A DNA stretch of 64,000 nt, from NCBI GenBank assembly GCA_964016885.1, contig OZ024749.1, positions 48,794,001 through 48,858,000 of the forward strand, given 5' to 3'. The DNA comes from Eledone cirrhosa (lineage: Eukaryota). Positions 1 through 15,880 of the stretch are shown one piece after another (the first letter of the stretch is position 1; each line of letters opens with the position of its first letter). The translations under genes and the position numbers were made by a program. The notes under the pieces were generated by a model, which was given only the letters and a program-made list of their open reading frames with translations, was not told where the DNA came from and did not search any database.

Positions 1-1295
1 AATTTACATTTAATGAACCTGTCGTTGGTCCGTTAATAACCTATAAGTTTGAAATGGTTTATCACATCAATGGGATATAGAATACAAGCAGTTATCAGTA
101 AAAGTTGCTAATGTGGTAATGTGGTCACTAGCCACATTTGTTGTGCCATATTATTAGGTCGATAAATAAATAAGTGTAGCTTCTTAATAAATTTGTCACA
201 TATTGTCACTATAAGTATCAGATGTTTTTCTCAATTATTCAGAAATGTATTTCTGTAAGATATTTAATTCAAGTGAATATATAGTCAATATAGTAAGTAA
301 TAAGAGTTTTTGAAGTATAATAGTGTAAAAATAATAGATATAGAAGATATAGAGACATATTTTGTGGCATCTCTCTGTGTATTCAATTAAGTTAGTTTCA
401 ATCACATTACATTCGCCTCTTTTGTTTTCTCAATGCCATTAATTAAGTCATACATTCAATGTCTTAGTTAGAGATCAAGGTTTATAATGAGGATTATAAT
501 GCGTATATGAAGAAGTAAAGATATACAAAGATCTGGAAATTGGTTGAATACGTTTTAGATTGGGGAGGCAGTTTAAATATCCAAAATTCAAGTTGCGGTT
601 TAAGATGAACCATGGGTTAGGTCTAACTCATAAAAACAAGAACTTTATTTCTGATTGGATTCCAAACATTTTATAGATGCCACACACATTGTATTGAAAT
701 AGCTGTCCGCAGGTTGCCTAAACTAAAGGAGCATTGAAATCAAAATCCTCAAATTTCTTACAGACATAATTACAAGATCTTCATGAAACCATTTAAAATA
801 AAGAAAAAAAACTATATTATATAATATATTTGTACATATATTTAAAGAAATAGTATAGCTATATTTAGAATAATGTTGATCTTAAGTTAACCTTAAGCTA
901 ATCATCGGAAACACCAGAACTAACATACAGCTGCAATGATGATCCTTTATACAAATTAGTAATAATCAATTGTTAAGCCTGCATGCACCTACGCAGACTA
1001 AATACATTCCATATTAAGCATTAATAAAGAGACAAATATGTACGCATATTCTCATGATATTTGCATTGCCGAACAAATGGAATTTTGATGTATACTTGAC
1101 ACATGACAGCAGAAGTGTTTGTAAATATTACACCTATATACTGTCACACCGTTTTCACACCTCAATTGTCAATTGTTCTATCACCCGATATCGTGATTCT
1201 CAGATTCTAATGTAATTTCAGGATTGAACATATATATATATATATATATTTGTTTCCTATAAATACATATATATATATATACTTACATACATACG

Positions 1296-1336
<41 letters not shown>

Positions 1337-2004
1337 TTTTTTATCTATTTATCTATGGGAAACACATTTTTTTTTAAGCATCGTGTATTGAAAATAAGAC
1401 TGTACACTAGTTTTGATTTTTTTCGTTGTGTTAATTTTTATTTTAATATATATATTTGTGTGTGAGTTCCTATCACATTTTTGGGAACAATACAGTTCCG
1501 AAATCCGTCATCTAAGGTATAGAAAATCTGAAGATAGAGTTGAGAACCAATATTAATATTCCAGAATGATTCATATTTTTCTTCACATGACATGAATTTA
1601 AAAAGATAGAACTATATATGTATCGTAAACGAAATCCTGAGGTCAAGTACCATTCAATATACGAAAACCATGAAAAGCCAATAGAAACGCATTTACAATT
1701 TTCTAACCTATATTTCCTATTCAGTCTCAAATCAGCCCAAAGCGTTGCAACGAACAAACAATATATTCTGTAGCTTATCATCTCACTCGCTCTCCGTCAG
1801 AACCCCACACCATATATGTGTGTGTGTATGCATATATACGTGCGCATATAAGCACATGTGAGTATGTACATGTGTATGTATAGTACACACACAGGCACAC
1901 ACACACGTATATATATACATACATAATCGTTCCTTTTTGCACATGGGAATATGCATGTGTATATGTATAATACACACTCACACATACACACATACATATA
2001 TGCA

Positions 2005-2260
<256 letters not shown>

Positions 2261-2675
2261 GAAATAGAGGGGAGAGAAATATATTTAATACATATTCATC
2301 GGTGTTTAGTTCAATACACCCATACCAAAATAATAAATCATTTTTTTTACTCTGTGTGTAATACATAACACAAAGTGTAGGAAGATATTTAGATTCCTCA
2401 ATTATTCAATATAATGATTACAAAATGGAAAAAAATCTGATATATACTGAATATAACAACAGAGAGGAGTAAAGGAAATCATTGCTTCGTACGAATAATG
2501 CCTTCATAGTTAGCAGAGGGTCGTGATTAACGGAAAGGTCTATGGTAAAAAAAAAATATCAAATATAATTTTTTCACATTCCATTCAATTCATTGAATAA
2601 AATAAGGTCATATGGGCATTACATTCGTTGCCATTATATTCAAATACATACAAATATATTTATATATACATGGTG

Positions 2676-2745
<70 letters not shown>

Positions 2746-3029
2746 GGTGAGGGGGTTTGTATGTGTGTGTGTGTGTGCATGTGTGTGTATGTGCGTGTGC
2801 ATGTATATATATATATATATATATATATTGAAAACAATAAAACACACAAGCGCATGCATACATCTACACACATTCACAATTACTGACATAGCAAATAATA
2901 GGTCTTACTGCACACATCAATGCACATTTATACATATATATATATATGTGTGTGTATGTGTGTGTATGTGTGTGTGTCTGCGTCGGTGTCTCTGTGTGCG
3001 TACGTGTGTCTTCCTATCTGTCTGCATAT

Positions 3030-3480
3030 CGGTCTGTATACTTAGAGGTAAGGCTTTGGGTTCAAAACCTCACCTTCCTAATCAGTTGACGTCCTTTTAA
3101 ATCAGTCTGCTCGGCCAATTACCAAAATCTCATAGTATCCCGTCAGGTGGTTCAAACGTGTTACTCTGTATGGGTATAGTGTTCGCATATGCACGTTTGC
3201 ATTTTTGGCAGTAAGATGCATCCCATGTTGTGCTCTTCGTGTGCATATTTTTGCCAATAGCAATGCAAAAACAAGGTACCGAATAAAATGCTTTTGTTGC
3301 AAATATGACTGAATAAACAACTGATGAAGTAACTCCAGCATGGTTGCAGCAGGTTGACTCAAATCGCCCAACCAGTAAAATATTTGCTTGTAAAAATGTA
3401 TTCTTTACATAATTATTTACATCCACTGTATCTTCTGAAGGGCAAATATTTAACATGGCTTGAAACCTGTAAGATAATAT
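3030..3480 (-). pseudogene. Highly decayed MULE (Mutator-like) transposase relic
   Basis: Ordered frameshifted motifs FLQANILLVGRFEST / LHQLFIQ / LVFALL-GKN / NTFEP / LNQSLY echo DGTF..P..F.QL / P.VFALL..K / DFE / FH..Q of MULE DDE domains (by-eye match only). Confidence 0.4.
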
Positions 3481-3781
3481 TGATATTGGCATGAATGGAG
3501 GGACGCTATACTACCATGCATTTTATTCTGGGGTGATATCACTCATGTTACTTCAAACTGAATTTTGTTTATATTCAGCTAATGACAATCCTAGGCAAGT
3601 TTTGTTTTTATAGGTTTGGCTAGGTTTTAAGATGTTTGATTCGGAACTACACCACTCTGATTTCAATTCTGTTTCAGAGAAAATGGGACAAATCAATCCT
3701 ACTAGTGTCTCTGTAATAGCAGTGTATTGTGAGTGTTATTTAGTAGGTGGAAACTGTACAGGCACATCTTATATATGTATG

Positions 3782-3813
<32 letters not shown>

Positions 3814-4780
3814 CGTTGGTGTCTGTGTGTGTGTGTATGTAAATACTGGAGGTCTGTGTTTATATTTAGGCTAGGTGTGTCGTTCTGCCTCGTAAATATA
3901 TGGTTTTAGAAAACGAGATCGACAAAATTAGTACTGGGTTCGATATGATAGATGAAAACAGAAAGTGTTGCGGAATGGTAGTTGTCTTATGACGGGAACC
4001 AGAAAAATTTAAAAACAATAAACAATATCCATGTATATGCCTGCATTGACTGGGAGGATATGCGTGGTTCTAAGAGTAGTAAATAATATTCGACATTATA
4101 TACGGCCTCAGGTCACATTCCTCCACTTATACATTATAACCTAAAACCAATCTTACGTTGATATAATACATTTTCTGAAAGTTGAAAGAAAACATTGTCA
4201 CGTCAAGATATTTCTTGAGGCATGAACAGTGTAAATGAAAGATAAAGTTTTACATCTGTCTATTGAAACTAAAACAATGTCAGGAATGGCTAGAGGCTGT
4301 AAACTTCTTTTAAGATGATGACCGCTATATTTCATGAATTATATATTCTTTTTTCTACTGTACTAATTTGTTTTTGATGTCTTCTCTTTTTTATTCATTC
4401 CAAAGAAATGTCTTTTGTAGATAATCAAATAGTCATATATTATTACAAAATGACAGAAGGTTAAAATGGTAAAGTATGTTGAATATGACACGAACATACA
4501 ACGCAGATGTAGCGTATGTCAAAACACCACAAAACACAAAAAACATAATGGTGTAGGACAGAAAAGGAGGGACACAATAAAACAAACTGTTAGTGAGGAG
4601 GTCAAAGAATGTGAGACGAAATAACTTTGACTATGTGTAAAGATCCAGCCGTTTATCGAACACCCAACAACCGGAAATGTGTAATTAATTATAGTTAAAA
4701 CCAACATATATTTTTATAAAAATATATGTTTCAAAAAACGTTTCAAGGTAAGAAATCTTGCAAAACAAATTAGAAATATG

Positions 4781-4813
<33 letters not shown>

Positions 4814-4818
4814 CGTGA

Positions 4819-4966
<148 letters not shown>

Positions 4967-4969
4967 TAT

Positions 4970-5034
<65 letters not shown>

Positions 5035-5035
<1 letters not shown>

Positions 5036-5368
5036 AGGCACATGGCTTAGTGGTTAGATCATTGGCCAGCCTTGCAATCGAAAGGTTGTGAGTTCAATTC
5101 TCAGAGCGGGTGATGTGTTGTTTCCTTGAGCAAGACACTTTATTTCACATTGCTCCAGTTTACTCAGCTGTAGAAATGAGATGATATGGACTGGGGTCCA
5201 TATCATTCCATTGCAAAGTGGACGTGTAGGTGCCACGTCAAAAAAGCACCCACCACTCACTGTAAATTAGGTTGGTGTTAGGAAGGGCATCCAGCTGTAG
5301 AAATCAAGACAGAATCAGTTCCCGTACCACCCTTGCAAGCAGGGAAAAGCGGACGTAAAATGAAATGA

Positions 5369-5372
<4 letters not shown>
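5035..5372 (+). mobile_element. tRNA-derived SINE, family 2
   Basis: A box TGGCTTAGTGG, B box GAGTTCAATTC, CORE-like CCTTGAGCAAGACACTTTATTTCAC, (TGA)n tail. Confidence 0.85.
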
Positions 5373-5408
<36 letters not shown>

Positions 5409-6424
5409 AAAATTAGAATGAATGTTCAGTTATGGAAGAGTTTTCCATAACTAAATGTATATAAATAAATAGTATTTTATTTGGGCAGGGACATGCCTAT
5501 CTAAACAAATTTCATTCAGTTACTAAGTATTAAATTCGGGCAGAATATGGTTGAAGATATAAGGTGAAAATAATTGTGCAGTTGTATTGAACTCTGAACA
5601 TCATATTTGAGACGCGTTTTCCATAAACATATTGCCATGTTTGCAGTAATTAAATGCTATTTATAAATGCATAAAAAGTTTCAAACAATTATAAATGAAA
5701 CATTATACCTGAAATATATACATTGTATCTTGAATATAAAACTGCTGTGAAGCATATGCAATTAAATAGTATTAAATAATATTTCACGAATCCATTCCAT
5801 TTTCATGGTCCAGGTGAAGTGAAAAGTAAAATAAAATAGAATATAATTTCCGAACATTCGCATGTCAGACATATTTTAAACAAACTTTCATAAATTGTAA
5901 AGAATATTTTACAATTCCTTGAGTAACGTTTTAAAGCATTAATAAATATTGATGAAATGCAATTTCTCATAGCAAAACAAAATTATTTTGATTAGTTTTG
6001 CATAATACCAATCCTCATTTAACGGAACATAAAGATTAAATTTTGAAGTATTTTTTAATGTACAAAGTAGGTTATATTTTACCATAATTAATGAAAAAGC
6101 AATGTAATTGCACACGATAAGTTATATAGAGTGAAATACAGTGGCAATATTTCCATACATACATACAGATGTATACACACAAAACCATAAACGTATACAA
6201 ATGTACAAATAACAAAACAATTATTTCAATCAAAATATAGATGAATGGTACGTATCCGGCACCAGACGCATGCCTCAGTATATAAACACAATCATCGTAT
6301 CTTACACATATAAATACGGGTACATATATATTCACTCATAAGCACACACACAAGACAACAGTCACAGACGCGCTACAAACAGAAAAAAAACACATGTACA
6401 AATACACATATATATGCATATGTC

Positions 6425-6681
6425 TAGACTAAAGTCTTAAGCCTGAAGGGTCATTTGGCCGGGGCTTATCCCGGTTTTATGGCGTGAAGCAACTGAGACT
6501 ACAAGACTGCCCCCAGGACGCCAGTCCATCGCAAGGTTAAACCTCCAGCTATTGCTAGTACTCATTTTCAGCTGAGAATACTGGAGTGTTTTGGTCAAGA
6601 ACGCAACATGCAGCCCAGGAATCGAACCCACGACATTATGATCGTAAGTCTATAAGTCTTACCACTAGGCCACGTGACTCC
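6425..6681 (-). mobile_element. tRNA-derived SINE, family 2 (V-domain-like body)
   Basis: Minus strand GTGGCCTAGTGG...GGTTCGATTCC...GCGATGGACTGGCGTCC; homologous to 8922-9205. Confidence 0.85.
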
Positions 6682-6770
6682 ACATACATATGTATAAATG
6701 CATATATATATATGTACACTCCATATTCTTCGGAGTTTCTGGCTTGTATTGGCCGATAATACTTCTTGTT

Positions 6771-6827
6771 GTTTTATTTGCCCTGATGAGTCCTTAATAG
6801 GACGAAACATTGTCGGCTATTAAAGAC
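6771..6827 (+). ncRNA. Minimal type I hammerhead ribozyme (PLE-type)
   Basis: GCC-CTGATGA-GTCC(TTAATA)GGAC-GAAA-CATTG-TC-GGC: canonical core, 4-bp stem II, short near-palindromic stem III, GUC triplet, short stem I. A ~45-nt tail runs into (TA)n at ~6873. Confidence 0.85.
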
Positions 6828-6870
6828 TTTTGATGTATTGAAGGCTTCTTTGTTTTACTTTCATAATTTC

Positions 6871-6918
<48 letters not shown>

Positions 6919-6921
<3 letters not shown>

Positions 6922-7114
6922 ATAATAATAAATGTGAAGACGAAAATCCAAAGAGGGCTCGATAGGGATAAATATATATCAAATATATAAGAACCCTAGA
7001 GCAAATATTTATTAAAATAACAGATTGAAGTTTAAGCAAAGAATCTCTGCTTTCACCCTTAACGTTAAGGGTGAACGCAGCGATTATCTGGTTAAACTTT
7101 AATTTGTTATTTTA

Positions 7115-7122
<8 letters not shown>
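6919..7122 (-). mobile_element. Non-autonomous PLE-like terminal fragment (CAGA-HHR family) with fold-back
   Basis: Flanked by (TA)n, palindrome 7005-7122. Other pieces of this family at 14560-14600, 23599-23652, 23760-23880, 23990-24070, 24351-24460, 28810-28874, 43053-43090 and 43400-43500. Confidence 0.7.
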
Positions 7123-7175
<53 letters not shown>

Positions 7176-7495
7176 TTTATATATAATCTCATGTCTATGG
7201 ATATTTATGAGCAATGCAAAGTCGAATATAGCTACGTGAAAGACTTATGCAAACATCATGCATTTATACTACAAAAGGAAAATACCAATCTAACAAGCGT
7301 AATGCTGTATTAATTGTTACTCTGTATTTGACCCATGACTTATTAACGTATGTACATTGTTTGCTGCCTTGTCACACAATTCTTAAGCTTCAATGACCTT
7401 TGAGTGGTCTTTTTAAAATCTTGAATATCTTCAATCAAAAGGTTATACTATATAGGGTGCGTCCAAAGGGTGCGTGCATGCGTTATATATCAATT

Positions 7496-7742
7496 GCGTC
7501 GGTTGAAGCAAGCAGAATTTTGACAGCTTGCTAAATCGCAGACACATAAAAAGATAACACACACACATTAAACACACGACAGCGTCGGTTGAAGTAAGCA
7601 GCATTTTGGCTGCTTACTAAATCGTAGACACATAACAATATAACACACACATACACACAAACACACGACAGCGTCGGTTGAAGCAAGTAGAACGTTGGCC
7701 GCTTACTAAATCATAGACACATAAAAAGATAACACACACATA
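7496..7742. repeat. Three tandem ~85-90 bp repeats
   Basis: GCGTCGGTTGAAG(C/T)AAG...CTAAATC..AGACACATAA at ~7496, ~7582 and ~7671. Confidence 0.9.
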
Positions 7743-7926
7743 CACATACACACACACACACATACACACACATACACACACACAAACACACAAACATACA
7801 CTAGATAACACCACATGTGGCTTTGCCCGGGAGGGTAATTTAGAGGGAATATTTAACACTGCACAGCCCCACTTTCCGCCATGGCGATTGGACTGCATGC
7901 CCTGCTTTCCATGTTACCCATCGCCA

Positions 7927-8009
<83 letters not shown>

Positions 8010-8105
8010 TAAATATATATATATATATAGTATAAATATATATATATATAGTATAAATATTATCATTATTACTATATATATATCAATGTATAACGTAAAC
8101 ACACC

Positions 8106-8158
<53 letters not shown>

Positions 8159-8177
8159 ACACATATATATATATATG

Positions 8178-8218
<41 letters not shown>

Positions 8219-8238
8219 AGATATATATATATATATAT

Positions 8239-8796
<558 letters not shown>

Positions 8797-8921
8797 CATG
8801 GGTGTGTTTACGTTATACATTGATATATATATAGTAATAATGATAATATTTATACTTATATGTTTTATATACAATTATATATACTGTGTACATACATATA
8901 TATATATATATATATAAATAT

Positions 8922-9215
8922 TGAGGCACGTGGCCTAATAGTAAGGGTACTGGACTTACGATCATAATGTCGTGAGTTTGATTCCTGGGTTTCGTGTCGT
9001 GTTATTTAGCAAAACAATTCATTTCACGCTGCTTCAGTATACACAGCTGAGAATGATTTCCAGCAATAGCTGGGAGTTTATGCCTGCGATGGACTGTAGT
9101 CCTGTCCATGGGGGGAGTCGTGTACTCTCACTCGCTTCACGCCATGAAACCCGGATAAACTGGATGAGCACGGGCCAAATGGGCCTTCTGTCTGAAGACA
9201 GACAGATATTAGACC
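8922..9215 (+). mobile_element. tRNA-derived SINE, family 2 (V-domain-like body)
   Basis: GTGGCCTAATAG...GAGTTTGATTCC...CCTGCGATGGACTG; homologous to 6425-6681. Confidence 0.8.
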
Positions 9216-9225
9216 TTTGTATATA

Positions 9226-9477
9226 TAGAAGTTGTTACACAACAGTTAGTTCGCCATACCCTGAACAATTGTTTCACCTTAACGGATTCTCAGCTCGGAA
9301 TGGGCATGTTTATAGGAACAGCCTATAAACATGAGCTTTCCGAGCTGAGAATCCGCTAAGGTGAAACAATTGTTCTCGGTATGGTGAACTAAATGTTGTG
9401 TTACCACTTCTACCTAACTCGTCCCATGGACTGAGTGGTGTACCACTACGGATATCACCTTCCAGTGTTCCACCACT
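9226..9477 (+). mobile_element. PLE-like terminal fragment with fold-back and HHR
   Basis: Imperfect inverted arms 9226-9316 and 9322-9412; tail ends in (TA)n. Confidence 0.7.
9340..9379 (+). ncRNA. Minimal hammerhead ribozyme, CUGAGA core variant
   Basis: CCGAG-CTGAGA-ATCC(GCTAA)GGT-GAAA-CAATTG-TT-CTCGG: perfect 5-bp stem I, palindromic stem III. An inverted copy with broken stem I lies at 9259-9298. Confidence 0.7.
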
Positions 9478-9550
9478 ATATATATATATATGTATATATA
9501 TAAGTAGAAGCAATGTGAGGGGAATTTGAAAGCATAAAAAGGCAGTAGAC

Positions 9551-9596
<46 letters not shown>

Positions 9597-9633
9597 CTCT
9601 ACTGCCTTTTCATGCTTTCAAATTCCGCTCACA

Positions 9634-9850
9634 TTGTTTCTACTTTTCGCACAGGGCCAGTAATATTAATGAAAAGAAAATATCGAATAATTTGACCCCA
9701 ATGAAGAAGTAGTACATTATATTATCGAACGTGTACGAATGAAGTGCAAAGCTAATTTTGCCTGTATTTGAATTCAAGACGTATAAGGCCCTAACTCTAT
9801 GCTGAAAATCGTATTCTCCGATGCCCTATCGATAATGCCAATCCACAGCC
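9634..9850 (-). mobile_element. SINE family 1, degenerate
   Basis: Alignable to 40912-41100 in reverse. Confidence 0.65.
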
Positions 9851-10671
9851 CTACTTCCTGGGTTCATTATAGAATACAATTAACAAAGATATTGTTTATC
9901 TGTATGTCCGAGTGCGTATTTATGTGTATGATATTAAGAGATAGGCATAATAATTATATTATGCATTGATTGTCATACTTTGTGACTACAGAAATGATAT
10001 GTGGTTTTATCTGATATTTTTGTTGTTATTTTTTTTATTTGAAAATTATTGTTTTGCTGTAGTCTTATGACTTGAAACAATTCATACAATTTTCCAATTT
10101 ACATAATGTCTCATTGCAATCTCACCTTTTGAATCATTGTAAATATTTTATATTAAGTTTAAACTCAGTTATGTATGTATTGTGTGCTGAAATATATGAT
10201 AAATTCTTCCATTATTTATCAGATATTAAATGGAGATTTTTAATTCTCTCATTATCATTGCCTATGTGTACACTGTCAGTAAAGATTTATTTATAAAGGC
10301 GAAGCAGCGTACAAAATATTATTACATTTTATAACTTTTGATTATTACTTATCTTTCACGTTTCAAATTGCCATGAGAAATACATTTAAGATTAGATAAA
10401 CATGTTTTACACATAACTGAAATAAAAAGCAGTTTATTTTATTGTTTGTAGAAGATTTTTTTTTAATTTTATTGACTGTCTATGATTTATAAAGTTTTCA
10501 ACTTGCGTATTTGAAATTAAAAATGAGCTGGTAAATTTGATATTTATATCATAATTTTATGTCTTAGTTTTTGGTAAATTAATACGAAACTGAACAATCT
10601 TTATAGTATCTTGCAAATGGCCGTTATTATATGTAATGTTTAATCCATACACGCAAGCACACACACTGTCA

Positions 10672-10833
<162 letters not shown>

Positions 10834-11924
10834 TTTATTATTTAGATTATTACACTACCTAGGAGACAAATTATATCGAATCAGAACGTGTTTATTCGAT
10901 ATATACCCGCAATGACATTGATAATAATCTGATATTTTAATCGAGACTTTAGAGACAGAAAGCTTGAAAATGAAATGCAGACAACATGCCAACATATAAA
11001 ATCATCGAAATAGATACGCACTTAAAGAAATAATAAAAGAAACAATGATAGGCAGAGAGAAAATCAAGCTGAATAATGATATAATAGAAGTGTAGAAACA
11101 GAAGAGATATTATATAAATATTGTTTTCTCCTAGAGTTTCCCGCAGAATTCGATCTGGTACTTGAAGGAAGAACAATTCGCTTCATCTAAATGGTATAAT
11201 TATTTCTGTTTTTTTATCCAGTGAAACCTTAATGCGCACAGTCTTCTAGAAATTATTATAAAAGGAAATATTAATAAATTCGTAGGAGAAAACAGAAAGA
11301 CGACGGAAGTATGAAGGACTGCACTAAGTTACACGGTTATGGTGCCTCAGGCGGATGTACAATTTGGCTAAGCGAGTGTGATAATGAGTTATGTTTGTAT
11401 ATTTGTTCAGTCAGGGCAACTTCTTCTCTCTGAGTCGTTCTCTCTCTTTCTTTTAAATGTATGTATGTAAGTGTGGGCGTATCACACACACACACACACA
11501 CAAACATATATATATGCGTGAGTGGGTGTGTGGGTGTGCCTGTGTGTGAGTTTGTGTGTGAGTTTTATGGTTCCTCATCACGTTCATATAAATATATATG
11601 TATTCCTGTGTATCATATCATCACTTCTATGTACTTGAAAGACTTTGACATTTTCAATATAAAGTGTATTTCTTCAGTGAAAATTCTTTTATCTGAAAAT
11701 ATTAATTTCCCTCGTCCAAAGAAATGAACATGTGCATCTATTTCGCATACAAGTTTCATTGACGAATATATAAACGTTAGTTGCATTAATTTTGCCATAA
11801 CATTAAACAACAGTAACATATAACAACACACTGGTAACTTAATATTCAATATATGTCTAACTTGTTTTATCTTTGAATGAAAAGAAAGCTCACAATGTTA
11901 TTACAATTACTTTGATTATTAGGA

Positions 11925-12378
11925 AAGTAGATTGGCAGTATCGGTAGATCATTGGATATCATGCTTAGTGGCATAGAGTTACGGCCCTTTACTTTCTGAT
12001 TTCAAATCCCTCCAAGGTTGGCTTTGCATTTCATCATTCCGGGGTCGATAAAATGTACCAGTAATGCATTGGAGTCGATTTAATTAATGTTCCTCTCTCT
12101 TTCAAATGTTTCTCCTTGTGCCTAAAGCAAACACCGTTATTATTATTGCTATTACTAGTAGTAGTAGGACTGCGGATTGGCAGTATCGGTAGATGGTCGG
12201 ACGCCATGCTTTCCAGCATAGAGTTACGCCCGCTTTACGGTTTGAATTCAAATCTCGCCTAGGTTAACTTTGCCTTATGGGGTTGATAAAATAAAGTGCC
12301 AGTCACGCACTTGCGTCGATTTAATCGACTCTCCACTCCCCCCAAATTTCCAGCTTCGTGCCTATATAAGAAACAATT
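11925..12378 (+). mobile_element. Two tandem SINE family 1 copies (11925-12135, 12170-12378)
   Basis: GATTGGCAGTATCGGTAGA...TTCAAATC...TTTGCC...GGGGTCGATAAAA...GTCGATTTAAT...GTGCCTA occurs twice. Confidence 0.85.
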
Positions 12379-12959
12379 GCTAGTACTACTAATACTAGTC
12401 GTAGTAGTAGTAGCAATAGTAGTATATTTACGATTTTTCTTATTATTGACATGATGTATGAAAAATATAATATAGTTCAACATTGATATCATACATTGAT
12501 AATTATATACCATCACGTCACTAATACAGTTTTCTGAAACATTAATGTATAAATAATTATAGTGTAAACATAAATGGGTCAAAAATCGAACGGAATCTTC
12601 GAATCCGTATTCTATTCCACACTTACTACTATTCACACGTAACTACATTCATAAATGTATGTATATAAGTATGTATATGTCTTTATGTATGTGTGTGTAT
12701 GTGTATGTATGCATGTATATATGTATATATGTATATATGTATATATGTATATATGTATGTATATGTCTGTCTGTATGTGTGTGTGGGGGGGGGTAAGTAT
12801 GTGTGGGTGGTCCCGAAATTCAAGAGGAAGTCATAGGGGCACAGCTTTGATATATGACGTTTCTAGGGAAATGTTCAATCTATATGTTCTTATTCTCTAA
12901 GTCTGAATATAGCCGATTTCTTCTGCTGAAGGATAGTGATTAGTGATTGGCAGACTGGA

Positions 12960-13135
12960 AGAGAGAAAGAGATGTAGAATAAGTTTCAGCACCAGTATTA
13001 ATTTGATACTGTTTTATAGATCTATGAATGAAAGTTAAAGGAAACTTCAAATGGATTGAACTCAGGGAGATGAGAGTCGAAACGAAAACCAGACAGCATT
13101 CTATGAGACGTTCTAACGACTCTGCCAATTCCCCA
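12960..13135 (-). mobile_element. SINE family 1, degenerate
   Basis: TTCTAACGACTCTGCCAATTC head and TTGAACTCAG B box in reverse. Confidence 0.6.
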
Positions 13136-14522
13136 TACATACATATATACATACATGATGATGGCTGCAACTCGATTTCGAGTAATTCCATCACTTGATG
13201 CATGGCGAGCAATTCCACGCATCGCAACACATATCACATGATGCTTGTGCCTGAGGATTTTTAAAAGCTTTTTTTTAAACGAGAAAAGGCTTTGTACGAA
13301 CCAATCCCATTATCTGAACAGCGAATGTATTTACCCAAAGAGAAGAACTAGTCTACATCATTGGATGTAAGCGAAAATTATTGAACCTACAATCTCGTAA
13401 CTTAGGAGAATTATTGCACCTTTTCCAATAACATCTGTGGGTTAAAATATGGTGTAGAAATTATGTGAAATCAGATTTAACATATATACATGTGTGTTGA
13501 GTGGAACCTTATGCTGGTTGTTTTCAGACAAAATCGCCAATTTAAGGAAGCTTCCCACACGTAATCAAGTAGATTTAGAAACGTGTTATATTTATTCGTA
13601 TTTTCCCGGGGAAAAAGCAACGAAGTTATATTCATACACGCACATATACATGCACATATGAATATATACATAATACTGTATATAATTAGAGAAAGTTTTG
13701 AATAAGTTTGAATAAGTTTTCAATATTTGTTACACACTTACAAAATTTCTGCGATGAATAGAAATTTAAATCTGAACGTATCTAAAATACGAGGGAAAGA
13801 AACCATTAAAAGCACATTTAATATTTTTACCATTTAAAGAAGTCAAATGAAACACTAAATTCAGACAGAGATAGCATACAGCAATATATCTAATATATCA
13901 TTTACTAGAAAATCATCATTTACTGAAACACACAGGAAGATGACTTCTAGGACATGTCTAAATAAATTGCAGGCTGCAAGCATAATCTTCAAAATATTTA
14001 TTCATTCTGTCTTGGATACATATATCAATCATCACAGATGACTCCTCGTTTGACAAATTTTACTTTTAAGTCTAGTTGAAACTATATATTTAATCAGAAA
14101 TGTCGCTCGACATTGATTCACCTACTAATTAACCATATGAATAATGTGTTCCCGTCAAAGATCTTAACCGTTTATATGAAAGAGAAAATAGATAATGGAA
14201 ATACGACAGTTAATGTTTTCAGAGTTTCTGTACACAATACAGTAATTAAGGTAGTATAAATATTTATTAATGACAAAGAATTGATGCTTATCAATGTAAG
14301 TTTGCGAATAAAATATATTAAGGATATTAAAATATCATTCTATCTTATACTATCCCTCACTCACTCTCTCTCCCTTTCTCTCTAGCTTTCTATATACTTA
14401 TCTATCGATCACTCACATACACTATCGATCAATGCCCACAGAGATAGATGTGTACATACGTACACAGATAAACATGCAGCCATATCCACATCCACACACA
14501 TGTGGTTTTTCTCACATCTGGC

Positions 14523-14558
<36 letters not shown>

Positions 14559-14617
14559 TAAAATGACAGATTAAAGTTTAAGGATCGGTGCTTTCACACT
14601 TATGTTATATATATATA

Positions 14618-14850
14618 ACTTTGATAACTTGGTAGGATTCGGCCAGTATTGGCCCAGGTCATGTCTAACTTAATAGCACCACCTGGCGAAGTCTTACAAA
14701 TCAGTGTTTGGTACCATGGCCCACTCGAGCAGAGAGTTATTGTTTACTGAGGCATATCCGGGAGTAGGAGGCTTTTCCGGGATTTCTTGAAGGAATTTAT
14801 CCAAAGACTTCTTGAACTTCATGGGGTCTGTTTCTGCTTTGATGTGTTTA
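14618..14850 (-). mobile_element. 3' end of a CR1/L2-group LINE (ORF2 C-terminus plus 3' UTR)
   Basis: Minus-strand translation [51 protein letters not shown] fits the FK..LD.FL..IPD.P...GY...NSL C-terminal pattern; ends in a short AAGTTATC repeat. Confidence 0.75.
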
Positions 14851-14940
14851 TATATATATATATATATATATACAATTAGATCAACAGATCGTTAAAAGAG
14901 TTCTAAGTGTTTTATTATGCGCATTTCAAAAACAAATAAA

Positions 14941-15040
14941 GTGTGTTGCTCAAGGAAACAACACGTCACCCGGTCCGAGAATTGAACTCACAGCCTTTCG
15001 ATTGCAAGCCCATTGCTCTAACGTCAAAGCCATGCGCCTT

Positions 15041-15041
<1 letters not shown>
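14941..15041 (-). mobile_element. tRNA-derived SINE head, family 2 (truncated)
   Basis: Reverse complement of the 5035 head (GGCGCATGGC...GAGTTCAATTC...TCCTTGAGCAA). Confidence 0.8.
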
Positions 15042-15840
<799 letters not shown>

Positions 15841-15880
15841 GATATTAAATTAATGGAAACTATATTTATAAAACCATATT

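Noticed and set aside
1163-1207. Minus-strand CTGAGA-ATCAC..GTGAT-AGAA-CAATTG hammerhead-like relic
   Set aside because: Resembles the 9340 motif, but GAAA, the cleavage triplet and stem I are all defective; too degenerate to call.
2480-2515. Minus-strand CTATGA-AGGC..GAAG motif
   Set aside because: Multiple core mismatches and no stem I.
5035-5110. tRNA gene
   Set aside because: A and B boxes belong to a SINE head; the sequence continues into the SINE body with no terminator.
7496-7742. CRISPR-like repeat array
   Set aside because: Units are tandem duplications without unique spacers; eukaryotic context and no cas genes.
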